The notes under the pieces: generated by a model
What the model was told of the DNA's origin: nothing
Seen by the model: only the letters and a program-made list of their open reading frames with translations
The model's database searches: none
Part shown: positions 26,032 through 48,008 of the stretch, piece after piece
How the letters are laid out: every line of letters begins with the position of its first letter
Numbering within the stretch: the first letter of the stretch is position 1
Assembly (NCBI GenBank): GCA_002269645.1
Contig: NIVC01002054.1
Span: 144,879 to 208,878 of the forward strand
Direction of reading: 5' to 3'
Length of the DNA stretch: 64,000 nucleotides
DNA from: Macrostomum lignano
Lineage: Eukaryota
Position numbers and translations under genes: made by a program

Positions 26032-29000
26032 TTAAGTCTCCATACCGTCTTCAAGATTGAGCACAAAAGTGACGGGTTTCATGCCACTCTGAGCACTGTC
26101 AGTAACATTTAGCACTGTATTAGAAAGCAGGCCTAATTCTGCCAGAGATTTGTCTAAATTGTCAGCTAATTGATCGCGCAGAAATGACAAGTCCATGTAT
26201 AGGGTGACATCGCGACCTTCAACGCAAGCGGTGAGGCTCGGCCGTGTCATACCGTGCTCCGACTTCAATTGGTTGATGACGGTCTGCAGCGAGTCCCGAC
26301 TATTGAACGTCAGAGGCTTGGGCGGAGGCTGGCCGCACACGTCGCACTGGGGATTCCGCTCCAACGGCACAACATTCACGGCTACGCCTTCGATGTCGCT
26401 GAAGTTAGCGAAGTTGTTCAACAGCGGGTAGCAGCCGGTGATGGCTTTGAATACTTCGGTGACGCACTGGGCGCTGATGACAGCGTTGGTGGATGCCACG
26501 GCTGGAATGATGTGCTTCACTACGCCCTGAGTCAGCCGGAAATCCGGTTCCCGGATGCCGAATTGTCTGGCACGTTTGCAGGCCTCCGTGCGAATCCAGT
26601 CCACGTGGTGTGGGTCGTCTCCGTCTACGGGCACCTGGGGGTGGGCAATTTAGTGATCAGTGGGGTGGGGAATTTAGTGATCAGTGGGGTGGGCAATTTA
26701 GTGATCAGTGGGGTGGGGAATTTAGTGATCAGTGGGGTGGGCCAATTTGGTGATCAGTGGGGTGGGGAATTTAGTGATCAGTGGGGTGGGGAATTTAGTG
26801 ATCAGTGGTGTGGGGAATTTAGTGATCAGTGGGGTGGGCAATTTAGTGATCAGTGGTGTGGGGAATTTAGTGATCAGTGGTGTGGGGAATTTAGTGATCA
26901 GTGGTGTGGGGAATTTAGTGATCAGTGGTGTGGGGAATTTAGTGATCAGTGGTGTGGGGAATTTAGTGATCAGTGGTGTGGGGAATTTAGTGATCAGTGG
27001 TGTGGGGAATTTAGTGATCAGTGGTGTGGGGAATTTAGTGATCAGTGGGGTGGGCAATTTAGTGATCAGTGGTGTGGGGAATTTAGTGATCAGTGGTGTG
27101 GGGAATTTAGTGATCAGTGGTGTGGGGAATTTAGTGATCAGTGGGGTGGGCAATTTAGTGATCAGTGGGGTGGGGAATTTAGTGATCAGGTAGAGTGGGG
27201 GAATTTAGTGATCAGTGGGGTGGGCAATTTAGTGATCAGTGGTGTGGGGAATTTAGTGATCAGTGGTGTGGGGAATTTAGTGATCAGTGGTGTGGGGAAT
27301 TTAGTGATCAGTGGTGTGGGGAATTTAGTGATCAGTGGTGTAGGGAATTTAGTGATCAGTGGTGTGGGGAATTTAGTGATCAGTGGGGTGGGCAATTTAG
27401 TGATCAGTGGTGTGGGGAATTTAGTGATCAGTGGTGTGGGGAATTTAGTGATCAGTGGTGTGGGGAATTTAGTGATCAGTGGGGTGGGCAATTTAGTGAT
27501 CAGTGGGGTGGGGAATTTAGTGATCAGGTAGAGTGGGGGAATTTAGTGATCAGGTTGAGTGGGGAATTTAGTGATCAGGTTGAGTGGGGAATTTAGTTAT
27601 CAGGTTGAGTGGGGAATTTAGTGATCAGATAGAGTGGGGAATTTAGAGTGATCGGTGAAGTGGGGAATTTAGAGTGATCAGGTTGAGTGGGGAATTTAGT
27701 TATCAGGTTGAGTGGGGAATTTAGTTATCAGATAGAGTGGGGAATTTAGAGTGATCGGTGAAGTGGGGAATTTAGAGTGATCGGTGAAGTGGGGAATTTA
27801 GAGTGATCGGTGAAGTGGGGAATTTAGAGTGATCGGTGAAGTGGGGAATTTAGAGTGATCGGTGAAGTGGGGAATTTAGTGATCACATAGATTGAGGAGT
27901 TTGTTGAAAAAGAGTCGGGAATCTAGAGAAACATAGTGGGGAAATTTAATGAGTTGATGAAGGGGTAATTTAGAGAGGTAAAGTGTGGAAATTCAGTGAA
28001 GTAGAGTAGGAAATGTAGTAAGTAAGCTACAGAGAAATTGAAGAGAGTTGAAATAGCTTAGTAATTTCATAATTGGAACGGGGTATTTAGAGTGCTGAAA
28101 ATGCAGAGCTATTGTATTTAATTTAATTTTCATTCCGTTTTCATTACCTCTTCGCCGAACGGCCACTCCTGGGGCCACTGCATAATCCTGGCGAACTCGA
28201 TGCAGTGCTCTGGCAGCCGGGGAGTGTGGGCCAGAGTGCACAGAGGGAACCCCTGCTGGGTGCTGCTATAGAGGTCGGCTGTGCACTCCAGACACGGGGT
28301 GGCGTGGGCTCGAACCACCCGGCAGTGGCCCTGAAATCCTTGGGTGCCGCCGTCGATCAGGGGGATGACGCTGGTCGGAATGGGCTGATCAGACTCGTCA
28401 AATTGAACCAGGGAGCAGACTATCTGGTTGAGGCGGCGCCTGCGGGGATTGAGATTCGGCTACTCTTGTACCTGGATACAGACAGACGGACAGGCAGACA
28501 GATAGACAGACAGACAGAAAGACAGACAGACAGACAGAAGGACAGACACTCAAACAGACAGACACTCAGACAGACAGACAGACAGACAGACAGACAGGCA
28601 GGCAGACAGATAGACAGACAGACAGAAGGACAGACAGACAGACAGTCCCGCTCGCACCTGGCCTGCACGCTGTCCAGGCCGCACACGATGCACATGAACT
28701 GCCTGTAGAACTCCAACGGTTTGTCCTCCAGTTTGCCAAAGTGCGGCGTCACCCGGCAGCCGGAGACGCGGCGTTCAACAAATTCGGCAGCAACGACGGC
28801 CTTCGGCCTGCCGATGTCTTTGGGGCGGAACAGAAACTGGCGATTCAGATTGGACAGATCGATGGTGTCCATGTCGATCAGATGCAGATTGACAAAGCCG
28901 CTCAGGGCGAGGTCTTTCAGCATCTCGCAGCCGAGACCGCCAGCCCCGACAACCAATATCTGGACAAGATCTGAGCGAATCGCTGAGAATAGCTCAGGAT

Positions 29001-29091
29001 CGGGTTCGAACTCAGGACCGCCCAAGGGCCCGGCCCGCTCTAATAGCCGACGCACGTGGCGCCAACGATTGTCTGTGCCCGGCGAGCTCTG
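26032..29091 (-). CDS. UBA3: NEDD8-activating enzyme E1 catalytic subunit UBA3, ~443 aa, 3 exons; no genomic ATG found
   Basis: Exons (-): 29091-28658, 28439-28148, 26634-26032 (phases 2 and 0; 1329 nt). Motifs: [69 protein letters not shown], catalytic [37 protein letters not shown], and C-terminal ubiquitin-fold domain. Confidence 0.96.
26636..27885. repeat. 24-bp minisatellite (aatttagtgatcagtggtgtgggg)n, UBA3 intron 2
   Basis: About 50 copies, with variants drifting toward the 3' end. Confidence 0.97.
28478..28645. repeat. (CAGA)n microsatellite, UBA3 intron 1
   Basis: Tetranucleotide tract. Confidence 0.92.
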
Positions 29092-29457
29092 CTGTTGGAA
29101 TAAATTCGTTTAGCGATTTTCAAAACTACTGCTACTAAAGATACTACTACCTTAATAATTGGGTAAAACTATTGGAAAACTACACGAGAAAACCACCGCA
29201 TTGATTAAAAATCCAGGGCCTAAGCAAACTAGCACTAGAGTGTGTAGTATATGCTGCACAAGTATCGCACAATTCATCGATAAGAGCCAAGAATATAAGA
29301 TAAGAATAAGTTTGCTGTCATGCCGTTGCAGCATTTGACCGATTTATATCCAAGCACCTGCGAAGTACTGCACTTGCTTTGCGTTTAACCAACTCTTCCA
29401 GAAACCCTAAGCAAGAAATCAATTCTTTTTTTCTGAAAAAAAAAGCAATCCGAAACA

Positions 29458-30964
29458 ATGCGAGGCCTAATATTTCTAACCGCTGACAATTCTTTGAAGT
29501 TGAAGAACGATCTGCAAGATCCAAAGCCGAACAGCGAAGAGGTCGTAGTACGGGTTAGCCATTGCGGAGTATGCGGTACAGACCTGCACATCATGCAAGG
29601 TCACTTTCCCGTGGCTGTGGAGACTCAACTAGTCCTGGGCCACGAGTTCACCGGCTGGCTGCAGGAAGCGAATACCGATAGCAAGAAAAATCAAGACGGA
29701 AACTTCGGCACTCCCGTGTTTGTCAATCCGAATGGTCGGTGCGGCTACTGCATCGGTTGCCAAGAGGTTTGTTTCACTTAGCAACACAGTGAAATAATAA
29801 ATATTCGGACAAAAGCTGCGGGCACCCTGACGCAAGGTCTTCGGAGACATCGTCTCACAACCAGAGTTGACGGCAATTTTGTCCATTTCGCTGACTCCTA
29901 AGCACAAACAAGCGCACCAATACTGTACGCAAGCACGCACTCACACACGCTCACACAGGGGTGGACAGCGGCCCTCTGACTTTCGAATCGTCAGGCACGA
30001 CACCCACGGTGCGTTAAAAGCTGGCCCTCACTGGTGTGAATCGCACGACAACCACTCAACCAACTTGGTTGCACACGGAATCAAACCAGGGGTCGTTTTG
30101 CTAGAGTCAGACGGGTTTACCGCTGAGCTGCTCTGCCCCTAGCAACAGGCATTGCATAAACCAGCCTTAATGAATTTTTCCGTGAAAAAACACTCGATCA
30201 AAACACCCTATTAGGGCCGAGTGCACTTCTGCGGCTACCGAGCTATGGGTGCCGCTTCAGTGGGCGTCGGTCGAGACGGCGGCTGGGCGGAGTTCGTGGC
30301 GGTGCCAGCCAATCAGGTTCACCGAATGCCTAAAGATCTGCCGATGTCAACTGGAATTCTGGTTGAGCCAATCAGCTGCGTGCTTCACGGCTACGATCGG
30401 CTGTTCACCGCTGGAGCAGCCAAGCAGCTGGACCCAACTGACTCTGTGCTCATTCTGGGTGCTGGCATCATCGGTCTGCTTTGGGCCTGCCTGCTGCACC
30501 AGCGTGGCTACCGGACCATTCACATCAGCGACATTTCTCCGGAGCGACGCCAGGTCGTTACTAACATGAAATTAAACGGCATGTCGCCTAAACAACCAAC
30601 CGAGCTGCTTAGCAACACCTACCAGCTGATCGTGGACTGCACCGGAGTGCCAAAGGCGCTCGAGTCGGCCTATAAAAGCCTGTCTAGCGGTGGCATCCTG
30701 TGCGTGTTCGGATGCGCACCAGAGGGAGTCAAGCTGAACCTGCCGTATTATGACCTGGTCAACCGAGAGATCACCGTTGTGTTTTGTCGCGTTAATCCGT
30801 TCACAAGCGACCGAGCTATCGACCTGACGCGTCGTTTACATCTGGACGGCTACCTGGACTTGGACCGGCTGGGCATTAAGGTATTCGGACTCGACCAGCA
30901 TCAGCAAGCCTTTGAAATGCTGAACAATCGTCAGGCACCTAAGGTTGCCTTCCGGCTAAACTGA
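29458..30964 (+). CDS. Zn-dependent medium-chain dehydrogenase (threonine/sorbitol/arabitol-DH-like), copy 1, ~352 aa
   Basis: Exons 29458-29766 and 30215-30964 (phase 0). Motifs: CGVCGTDLH (catalytic Zn), VLGHEFTG, structural Zn CGYCIGCQEGRVHFC, DGGWAEF, EPISC..HG and Rossmann ILGAGIIG. Confidence 0.93.
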
Positions 30965-31632
30965 GCGAGGGCACAACAGAAGTGACAGTGTTCTTAGTTT
31001 AATTTTTTAAAACGGTTGCATGCTAACTATTGATGACAATATTCAGACGAAAGCCGTTTAAGAATACAAAGTTCGAGTTGGAGAAGGAAACTCGGATATT
31101 TTTTTGATTCTTGGGAGGTATGGATAATTACGAGCGTAGTTTCGTTTTTATCGTTCTGTAGCTATCTCATTGTCAAAGATCAAGCACAATTGTGATCTAT
31201 TAGGAACAAGATAATACGTACATCGTCGAAACAGGCAATGCTAAAAGTGGCCGTAAAAGCTCGCGTAACGTGGAAATTCAAGACTAGCATCAAAGCAGCA
31301 AGATTTACTGTGAGGCAAAAGTAAAACATGTTGACGGAATTTCAGCTGACCCAAGCACAGTACATGAAAGGTAGATAGCATTACCTGCAAGCATTACCTA
31401 ACGAATTCGATACAACTCTAGAATAGCCATGAAGCGTTTAAAAAAGAGCGCAGCGTAACCTTGTTACCAAATCAAACCACTGATAAGAGACGCAAACAGA
31501 TAAGAAGGTAACCATTTCTTGTTTCGTAGGCTGTATTTAATCGCACAGAAGACACGCCTCTCTAAGCAGAATTTATTTTGCTAGTTTCAATGCTAAGACA
31601 ATAAGAATCAAGTTTAGCAACTATTTGCAGCT

Positions 31633-32766
31633 ATGCGCGGCCTAGTGTTTGTAACTAGCGACAGCTCACTACAGCTGCAGGATGATATTCAAGTGCCTAA
31701 GCCGACTTCTGAAGAGCTACTAGTACGGGTTAGCCACTGCGGTGTATGCGGAACAGACCTGCACATCATGCAGGGCCATTTCCCGGTGGCTGCTCGATCT
31801 ACTCTCGTACTCGGACACGAGTTCACTGGCTGGCTAATTGATGGCGATGGAAGCCAGCCAAGTAAAGGCAAATCCAACACGCCTGTTTTTGTCAATCCGA
31901 ACGGACAATGCGGCTACTGCAACGAGTGCCAACGGGTAAAACTTTCATGGAAGCATTTAATTGACATTTGAAATGCACTACTGGATAGAAAGACAAGTTT
32001 TTGCATATCATTGCAGGGTCTGGTGCACTTCTGCCCCCAGCGTACCTTAGGCGCTGGAGCTGTAGGTCTGGCAAGAGACGGCGGCTGGGCGGAGTTCGTG
32101 GCGGTGCCAGCCAATCAGGTTCACCGAATGCCTAAAGATCTGCCGGTGTCAACTGGAATTCTCGTTGAGCCAATCAGCTGCGTACTACACGGCTACGATC
32201 GGCTGTTCACCGCTGGAGCAGCCAAGCAGCTGGACCCAACTGACTCTGTGCTCATTCTGGGTGCTGGCATCATCGGCCTGCTCTGGGCCTGCCTGCTGCA
32301 CCAGCGGGGCTACCGGACCATCCACATCAGCGACATCTCTCCGGAGCGACGCCAGGCTGTTGAAAACTTGAAACTTGACGGCGTGTTGCCTAGGCAACCA
32401 ACCGAGCTGCTTAGCAACACCTACCAGCTGATTGTGGATTGCACCGGAGTGCCAAAGGCGCTCGAGTCGGCCTATAAAAGCCTGTCTAGCGGTGGCATCC
32501 TGTGCGTGTTCGGATGCGCCCCGGAGGGAGTCAAGCTGAACCTGCCGTATTATGACCTGGTCAACCGAGAGATCACCGTTGTGTTTTGTCGCGTTAATCA
32601 GTTTGCTAGCGATCGAGCCATCGACCTGACGTACCAGCTGCACCGACAGGGTTACCTGGACTTCAACCGGTTGGGCATTCAAGTCTACCCACTCGATCAG
32701 CACCAAAAAGCATTCGAAACGTTAGGCAAGCGTCAGGCACCGAAGGTGGCCTTCCAACTGGGCTGA
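31633..32766 (+). CDS. Zn-dependent medium-chain dehydrogenase, tandem copy 2, ~350 aa
   Basis: Exons 31633-31935 and 32017-32766 (81-nt GT-AG intron at the same position as copy 1). Same motifs as copy 1. Confidence 0.93.
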
Positions 32767-33462
32767 ACGGACATTTTCATGACAAATTTGACGTTTTGAA
32801 AACTTGGTTTCTAACCGTGAACTGATAAATTGTTAATGGCCAAAAGAAAGTGGGAAATTTTTTTTCGACCTAGCTCGTATATGTAACGAGATCTATGCCT
32901 AGAAACGTCTTCTAGAATTCTAGAAACGCTATGTTTTCTCTCGGTGAGTAGTATGTTTAATATAGCAATCCTAAAACAACCATTAAATATAAAAAATAAA
33001 AAACACAAATTCGACTTCACAGCATTACAACATCCCTTGTATTTTTATGCAACAGATAGACAGAAAACAACTGACAATTACTAACGTGCCAATTAGTTAT
33101 TCAGCCAGAGTAGTCAAAAATGCATATCAACATATCAACAGAATAGAGGCGAGTTTCCGAACTTATGAGATGTTCTGCAGAATCGAACAGCTTTAAGTAG
33201 AAACCATCGTACAGAAACGTGTCCAAAAATATTTCGCTTCGTTAACTTTAAATGACGAGTTTTTTATCCAACTCTGAAGTAATCTTAAAGGTGGATTGTT
33301 AAGATAAATTACCTGTTATCAGTGACTACAGTATTTTTCGTTTCCTACTCTTCAAGATCGCTAAAGTTTATAAGTAATGCGTGATCAACATCAAAAAGCG
33401 TAAAAGGCGTCACATCCTTGAGCTAAGACAATGCAAGACGAGATAGTCAACTCAAGTATTGC

Positions 33463-35298
33463 TCAATCGAAAGCGGCTCTTTTACGCTTAGCTCCAACAA
33501 TTAATTTTTGCACTTCAACAGCTTTGCTCGCCTCCGAATGAGTTGGATCCACGTGATAATTTGGATCGGTGAACAGCGCGCCAAATCGTTCGTCGGCTGC
33601 CACATCGGCTGCTGTCACTGCCGAGTGAGCACCTGCGACCCGGTCGGCAACTAGCATTGCCAACTCCTGCTCACTAGCCGGCATTTCTCCTTCGCCTTCG
33701 CCACTGTCACCTTCGTCACTATCGCCGCTGCCGCCGGCTCCGTCAGCCTTAGAAGGCAGCAGGCCAGCTTTAGCCAGTTTAGCCCGTTTCGCTTGCTCCT
33801 TTAATCGGCGACGCCTCGTGCGCTTGCGAGATTCTTTCGGCTCCGATTGCTCCTGCTGCTTCTGGCCCTTGGCACTTGACTTGGCCTTAGCATCGACGTC
33901 CTGCATGGCTAAAGCGATATCGTCGGGCAGCTCGTCGTCTGAGAAGGTGGCCGGCAACTCGCTGCCATTGTCGGCGTTATCTTCGGCTTTGTCGGCTCCG
34001 ACATCGTCTCCTAACAGCGCCCGACGAAGCTTCACCGTTCTGGCTTTGATGGCGTCACTGTCCTCTTCATCATTGTCGGATTCATCGCTACTCAAATTGA
34101 GAAACTCCGACAGTCTATTAAGATCCGGATCGTCTTCGTTGAAATCGGTCTTGTTGAACAGGCCCTGCAGGTAGCGAGTTCGCTCAGTCGGTGTCTCGTC
34201 CCAGGTTAGGCCGACTTTTGTACGGTTTAATAGACCAGCGGTTAGTTTGCGCGGCTTATAAGCAGCCGGGTCCAGACCCGTGCACCGCGTTACAAGATGA
34301 CGCCACTCGTCTGGCACATCGTCCGGACCGCCGAACTCCATACCCGCCGGCACGTAGCTCAATCTAAGACACCCGCCGGTGCTTTCCACCTCTAGACCGG
34401 AGCACTGCTCATAGACACTGGTTGCGGCTGGAGTGCAATCAAACTCCGCTACAGCGTAATAGTACCACAATCGTTTTAGCTGGTAGCGTCGAAGACTTCG
34501 ACGATAAGAGCCAGACGAAGTTGACGACTTCTTAGCCGGATCGGACGACGCTTTTCGGCGCAACTCCAACGGTCCCGCTTTGGCCTCTTCGGCCATTCGA
34601 CGTTGACCGAATTTCGAGGGATAAACTGTGACACTTAGCAAGCGACCAACAGACGATGGACAGTGACTGGAGAGCAGCATAAACAGATCGGTAGCTTTGA
34701 TCTGCTCCCAGTCTTGCTGAGTAACAGCTAGTCGATTTGTTGGAACAACCGACTGGTCGTTTTCTTCATCAATCGCTGCGCTGGACGAGCGTTCGAGATT
34801 GCGAAACTCCTCGTCGCTGCTGCTTCTCGCTTCGCTGTCGCTGCCTTCTTCATCATTGTCTGCCTCATTTTGCTCATCATCATCATCATCCTCTTCATCT
34901 GAGTCGGATTCTTCCTCAGCTACTTCTTCATCTTCTTCGTCTTCATCCTTATCCACAGCATCCTCACTCTCTTGATCTTCTTGGTTGTCAGAACTAGCTT
35001 CGACCTCATCATTATCATCCTCATCCTCACCGTGACGACCCTGTTTCAATCCGTAGAACCTGCTCAGATCCTGTCGCGAGCTCATGGCCACTGGCCTGCC
35101 CCTCTTATCGCTGCGTACGCTGGTGGAGAACTCAGGATCTGTAAACATGGCGCCAAATCGATCGTCAATTTCAACGCGAGTTGCTTTGCGAGCCGAAGCC
35201 GATCGATAGCGCGGATCGGTGGTCACGTGACCGAAGCGCGGATCCGAGCGCCATTCTTCGTCGCGGTTGCCTGCTGCGTTGCGACGCTTCTTAACCAT
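33463..35298 (-). CDS. ESF1: ESF1 (pre-rRNA processing nucleolar protein, NUC153 domain), 611 aa, intronless
   Basis: N-terminal DPRF...IDDRFGAMFTDPEF..DKRGRP, then an acidic tract. Core motifs: TNRLAVTQQDWEQIKATDLF, VTVYPSKFG..RMAEE..GP, LRRYQL.RLWYYYAV, Y..C.GLE.E, LTWDETP..R. C-terminal DERFGALF.DPNYHVDPT (NUC153). Confidence 0.93.
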   Translation of the reverse strand: MVKKRRNAAGNRDEEWRSDPRFGHVTTDPRYRSASARKATRVEIDDRFGAMFTDPEFSTSVRSDKRGRPVAMSSRQDLSRFYGLKQGRHGEDEDDNDEVEASSDNQEDQESEDAVDKDEDEEDEEVAEEESDSDEEDDDDDEQNEADNDEEGSDSEARSSSDEEFRNLERSSSAAIDEENDQSVVPTNRLAVTQQDWEQIKATDLFMLLSSHCPSSVGRLLSVTVYPSKFGQRRMAEEAKAGPLELRRKASSDPAKKSSTSSGSYRRSLRRYQLKRLWYYYAVAEFDCTPAATSVYEQCSGLEVESTGGCLRLSYVPAGMEFGGPDDVPDEWRHLVTRCTGLDPAAYKPRKLTAGLLNRTKVGLTWDETPTERTRYLQGLFNKTDFNEDDPDLNRLSEFLNLSSDESDNDEEDSDAIKARTVKLRRALLGDDVGADKAEDNADNGSELPATFSDDELPDDIALAMQDVDAKAKSSAKGQKQQEQSEPKESRKRTRRRRLKEQAKRAKLAKAGLLPSKADGAGGSGDSDEGDSGEGEGEMPASEQELAMLVADRVAGAHSAVTAADVAADERFGALFTDPNYHVDPTHSEASKAVEVQKLIVGAKRKRAAFD

Positions 35299-35524
35299 TG
35301 TGTAGGTCTAGGGCTGCTGTGAGTAGCATAAACGATGATAATGATATATGGTCAAGGGAATCCATAGAATAATATACTGGCTAATTAAATGTAGCCTACA
35401 TCTACCTGCCTGTCTGCGTGCACGATTAAGCCTGTCATTCTCTCTGCCTGCTCGTCTTAGTGTCCTAGTGTCTGTCTGTTTTCGTCTGTATGTACGTCTT
35501 TCTTTCTGTCGTAGTGTCTTAGTG

Positions 35525-35527
35525 CCC

Positions 35528-35579
<52 letters not shown>

Positions 35580-35750
35580 GTCTGTCTGTCTATCTGACTA
35601 TCTGTCTATCTGTCTATCTGTATATCTATCTGTCGATCTGTATATCTGTCTATCTGTCTGTTTGTCGGTCTGTCTGTCTGTCCGTCTGTCTGTCTGTCTT
35701 AGTGCCTTAGTGTTTGTCTGTCTGTCTGTCTACCTGCCTCTCGCAAGCTA
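35525..35750. repeat. (TCTG)n/(TCTA)n microsatellite upstream of ESF1
   Basis: Tetranucleotide tract. Confidence 0.9.
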
Positions 35751-36908
35751 AGCAGACTTTCAAGTGTCCAGTACACCAAGCACAATTAACAACAGGCAGC
35801 AAAGCTACCAAGTGTGCCATAAGAGAACCAATCAAATTAGAATATATTTCATTGCTTTCAGATTTAACACAATAAACAACAGTGTATAAAGTATTCAAAG
35901 CAAGCAATGAGATTATTGCAGTACAATAAAAGCCGGACTAGATAACGCAGACACTGCTACACAATCACGGTAATCTATAGGCCATGCATTAGCGACTACA
36001 TAGTACATGCTGAAGCAGTCACAGCCGAAAAAAGCAAACCCACTCTTAACAACAAAACAAACAGCAATAACGAATAAAACTGTCACAAGAATTGTAAAGA
36101 ATTAAACCAAGAAAAAATCTCGACTGTGTAAAAAAATTTAAGCTGCGTAAGCGATATTATAAAATCTGAGTATTACATGACGAGAAAAAAAACTTAATAA
36201 AAAGTTGTGCGCAAAACAGTGACAGTCTACAAGCAAGTAAACTATTATCAGGCAATCTAAAATACTAATTAAAATATTTAGTATTTTAATAGCAAGAGAT
36301 TGTGCTCAATAGTTGTAACCTAAAACGCTAAAAGATTATTTGATACGTTTAAATTTGCAAAATACAAAGAATAAAAAATAATTTTAAACACATACGATTA
36401 CTAAAAGTAGCGAAATCGAATTTTAAATTTTCTATCGGCACCGCCGATTTTAAAAAATTACTATTTATTAAGTAGTTGACAGACGAATCCAACAGATCAC
36501 ATAAAAACACAATAAGAGACAATTATTAAAATATTCAATTTTCTTAAAAACAAATACTGCACGATAGTAAACAAACAAACAAACAAACAAACAAGAATAC
36601 GAACGAAATTCTTTGTAAGCCATCGTAAATTTAAACTTTGTCAAAAAACTGAGTATAATATATGAATCACTCTGTGAATCTCTTAATAAAATGAAAGAAT
36701 ACTGTTGTTGTGCAAAAACTCTTAGATTGTTTCACACGCTTACTATACTATTAATCGGTATTGAATAAAAATTATAAAATAACTTGATATATAGAATTTG
36801 AAAAAAAAACGGAAAAGCGCAAATTTCTACTGCAATAAAAATTGGCAGTAGTATAAGTCCGACTTAAAACACAAAATTGTTTGAACTGACGCAGTCAAAT
36901 CTGGCATA

Positions 36909-46320
<9,412 letters not shown>

Positions 46321-47356
46321 AAAGCACCCAATGGTGGCTGCCTGGTAGCTGGTTAATGCTTTAATAAAGACAGCGTCACCCTGCTTTGTAAATATGCTGT
46401 CATAAATAATAAAAATTAATGATCGATTTAAAGAGTCTTGCACTAAAATAGTTATCAATTTTTTTATGTTTAAATAGTTACATTTGTGTATGACATAAAT
46501 TACCATATAAGTTAATTTTTATCCTAAATTTACTCAAAAAAGGGAACTATATTCTGCTATAGACATTCAAGACTTAAAAGATTTTAAAGGCTAATAAATA
46601 TACAAAAAATCTGACATAGCAAGCTGGTTTATTATAGATTTTTTCTTAATTGATTTCTAAGCTTATCATTTCAACTTACAGATGATGTAATAATTATGAG
46701 ACAATATATAGATAATATAATAAAGATGCCTAAGTTTATCATACAAAGCATAAAATTTTTCTAGGAAGTACTGGCCTCTAGGTGATATAATCTATCTCAA
46801 TATGATTTATATGGCCCAATTTTTCTATCTTAGTGGTCTAGTGTCTAATAGTTATAAGGATTTACAATATTGCTATAGACTTGTCTAGGCTGCCTTTTAA
46901 TTTGTAAGGGCTGTCCTAGTCTAAGGCCTTGCTTGACTGCCAGTGGATGACACTATTCTAGTGATTAAGACTGTCCTATTATATAATGTCAAGACCTATA
47001 TGCTAATATGAGGTGTGTCCCAAAAGTTCCTAAAATTTCTATCATTACTCGACAATTATTGAGCATATCTTCACATCCTTGGTGTTAAATGAAAGATGAA
47101 TTTCTCATTAAAATATAGCTATTTGAATCACGTCAATATGTCTAACCATCTCTTTGCTACACATAAAAATGTTTGCAAAGGTTGGTACTAGGGTCACACA
47201 TCCTTAAGAGCCTTTTGAAAAAAAACAATGATATTCATAAAACAGTGAAGAAAAGAAATATGGGATAATTTAAACAGCAACATTGATTAAATCTCAAGTT
47301 AGTCAGCAGTAGGAAAAGTTCAAATGTATATTTACTCATCCAACTCAGCCTGTGGC

Positions 47357-47647
47357 TTTTCAATTGTAGTTGCCATCCAAATGCATACATTTCTGCCACC
47401 TGGATCACATGGCATTGATGGCCTTGGCAAATGTAGAGCAAGGCATTTCATAGAGGATGACATGGCAAATGAGGCTTTCAAGTTCACTTCAGTTTTTAAA
47501 AACTGGGCCACAAAGAAGTCTTTTCATTTGGGGTAATATTGCAAAATTGGCAGGCACCATATCTGGCAAGTATGGCAGATGAGACAGCAACTCAAAGTTG
47601 AACTGCTCAATCTTCTCCATCGTCTTTCCTGCTATATGGGGTCTATC
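47357..47647 (-). mobile_element. Mariner (Tc1/mariner) transposase C-terminal remnant
   Basis: Minus frame reads DRPHIAGKTMEKIEQFNFELLSHLPYLPDMVPANFAILPQMKRLLCGPVFKN*SELE....INAM*SRWQKCMHLDGNY. This matches the mariner consensus ARPH...E.L.HPPYSPDLAP.DF.LF..K..L.G..F...RW.KC....G.Y and contains in-frame stops. A possible TIR (tatgaggtgtgtcccaaaagtt) lies near 47007. Confidence 0.85.
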
Positions 47648-48008
47648 AGTAAGGGTAATACTTTTCTATGGTGCACTAAGGCTCTTAGTTTTAGTGTTTT
47701 AGTTTTAGTGTAGTTTTAGGATAAATAGCAAGAGTAACCATGAGTGTCTTATTAAGGCTAAATTCCTTGTTATCTAATTAGTACTATATCTATATTCAGT
47801 GCAAAAGTTAACATGATCTGTTGCATCATACAGAGCTATAATTTTAGATCTCATGTTATATAGTCACAAATTTTCAATAGGGCACATCGTAAACCACAGT
47901 AATATTTTGTCTAGGCCCTATTGTCATTATATTCTCTTATAACTAACTAGCTTAACTGATTAATATTATACATTTTATTGTATTTAGGGATAGAATGATA
48001 TAAAAAAT

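Noticed and set aside
29800-30150. Nested gene or insertion in the dehydrogenase-1 intron
   Set aside because: The intron is longer than in copy 2, but I found no TIR, TSD or recognisable ORF.
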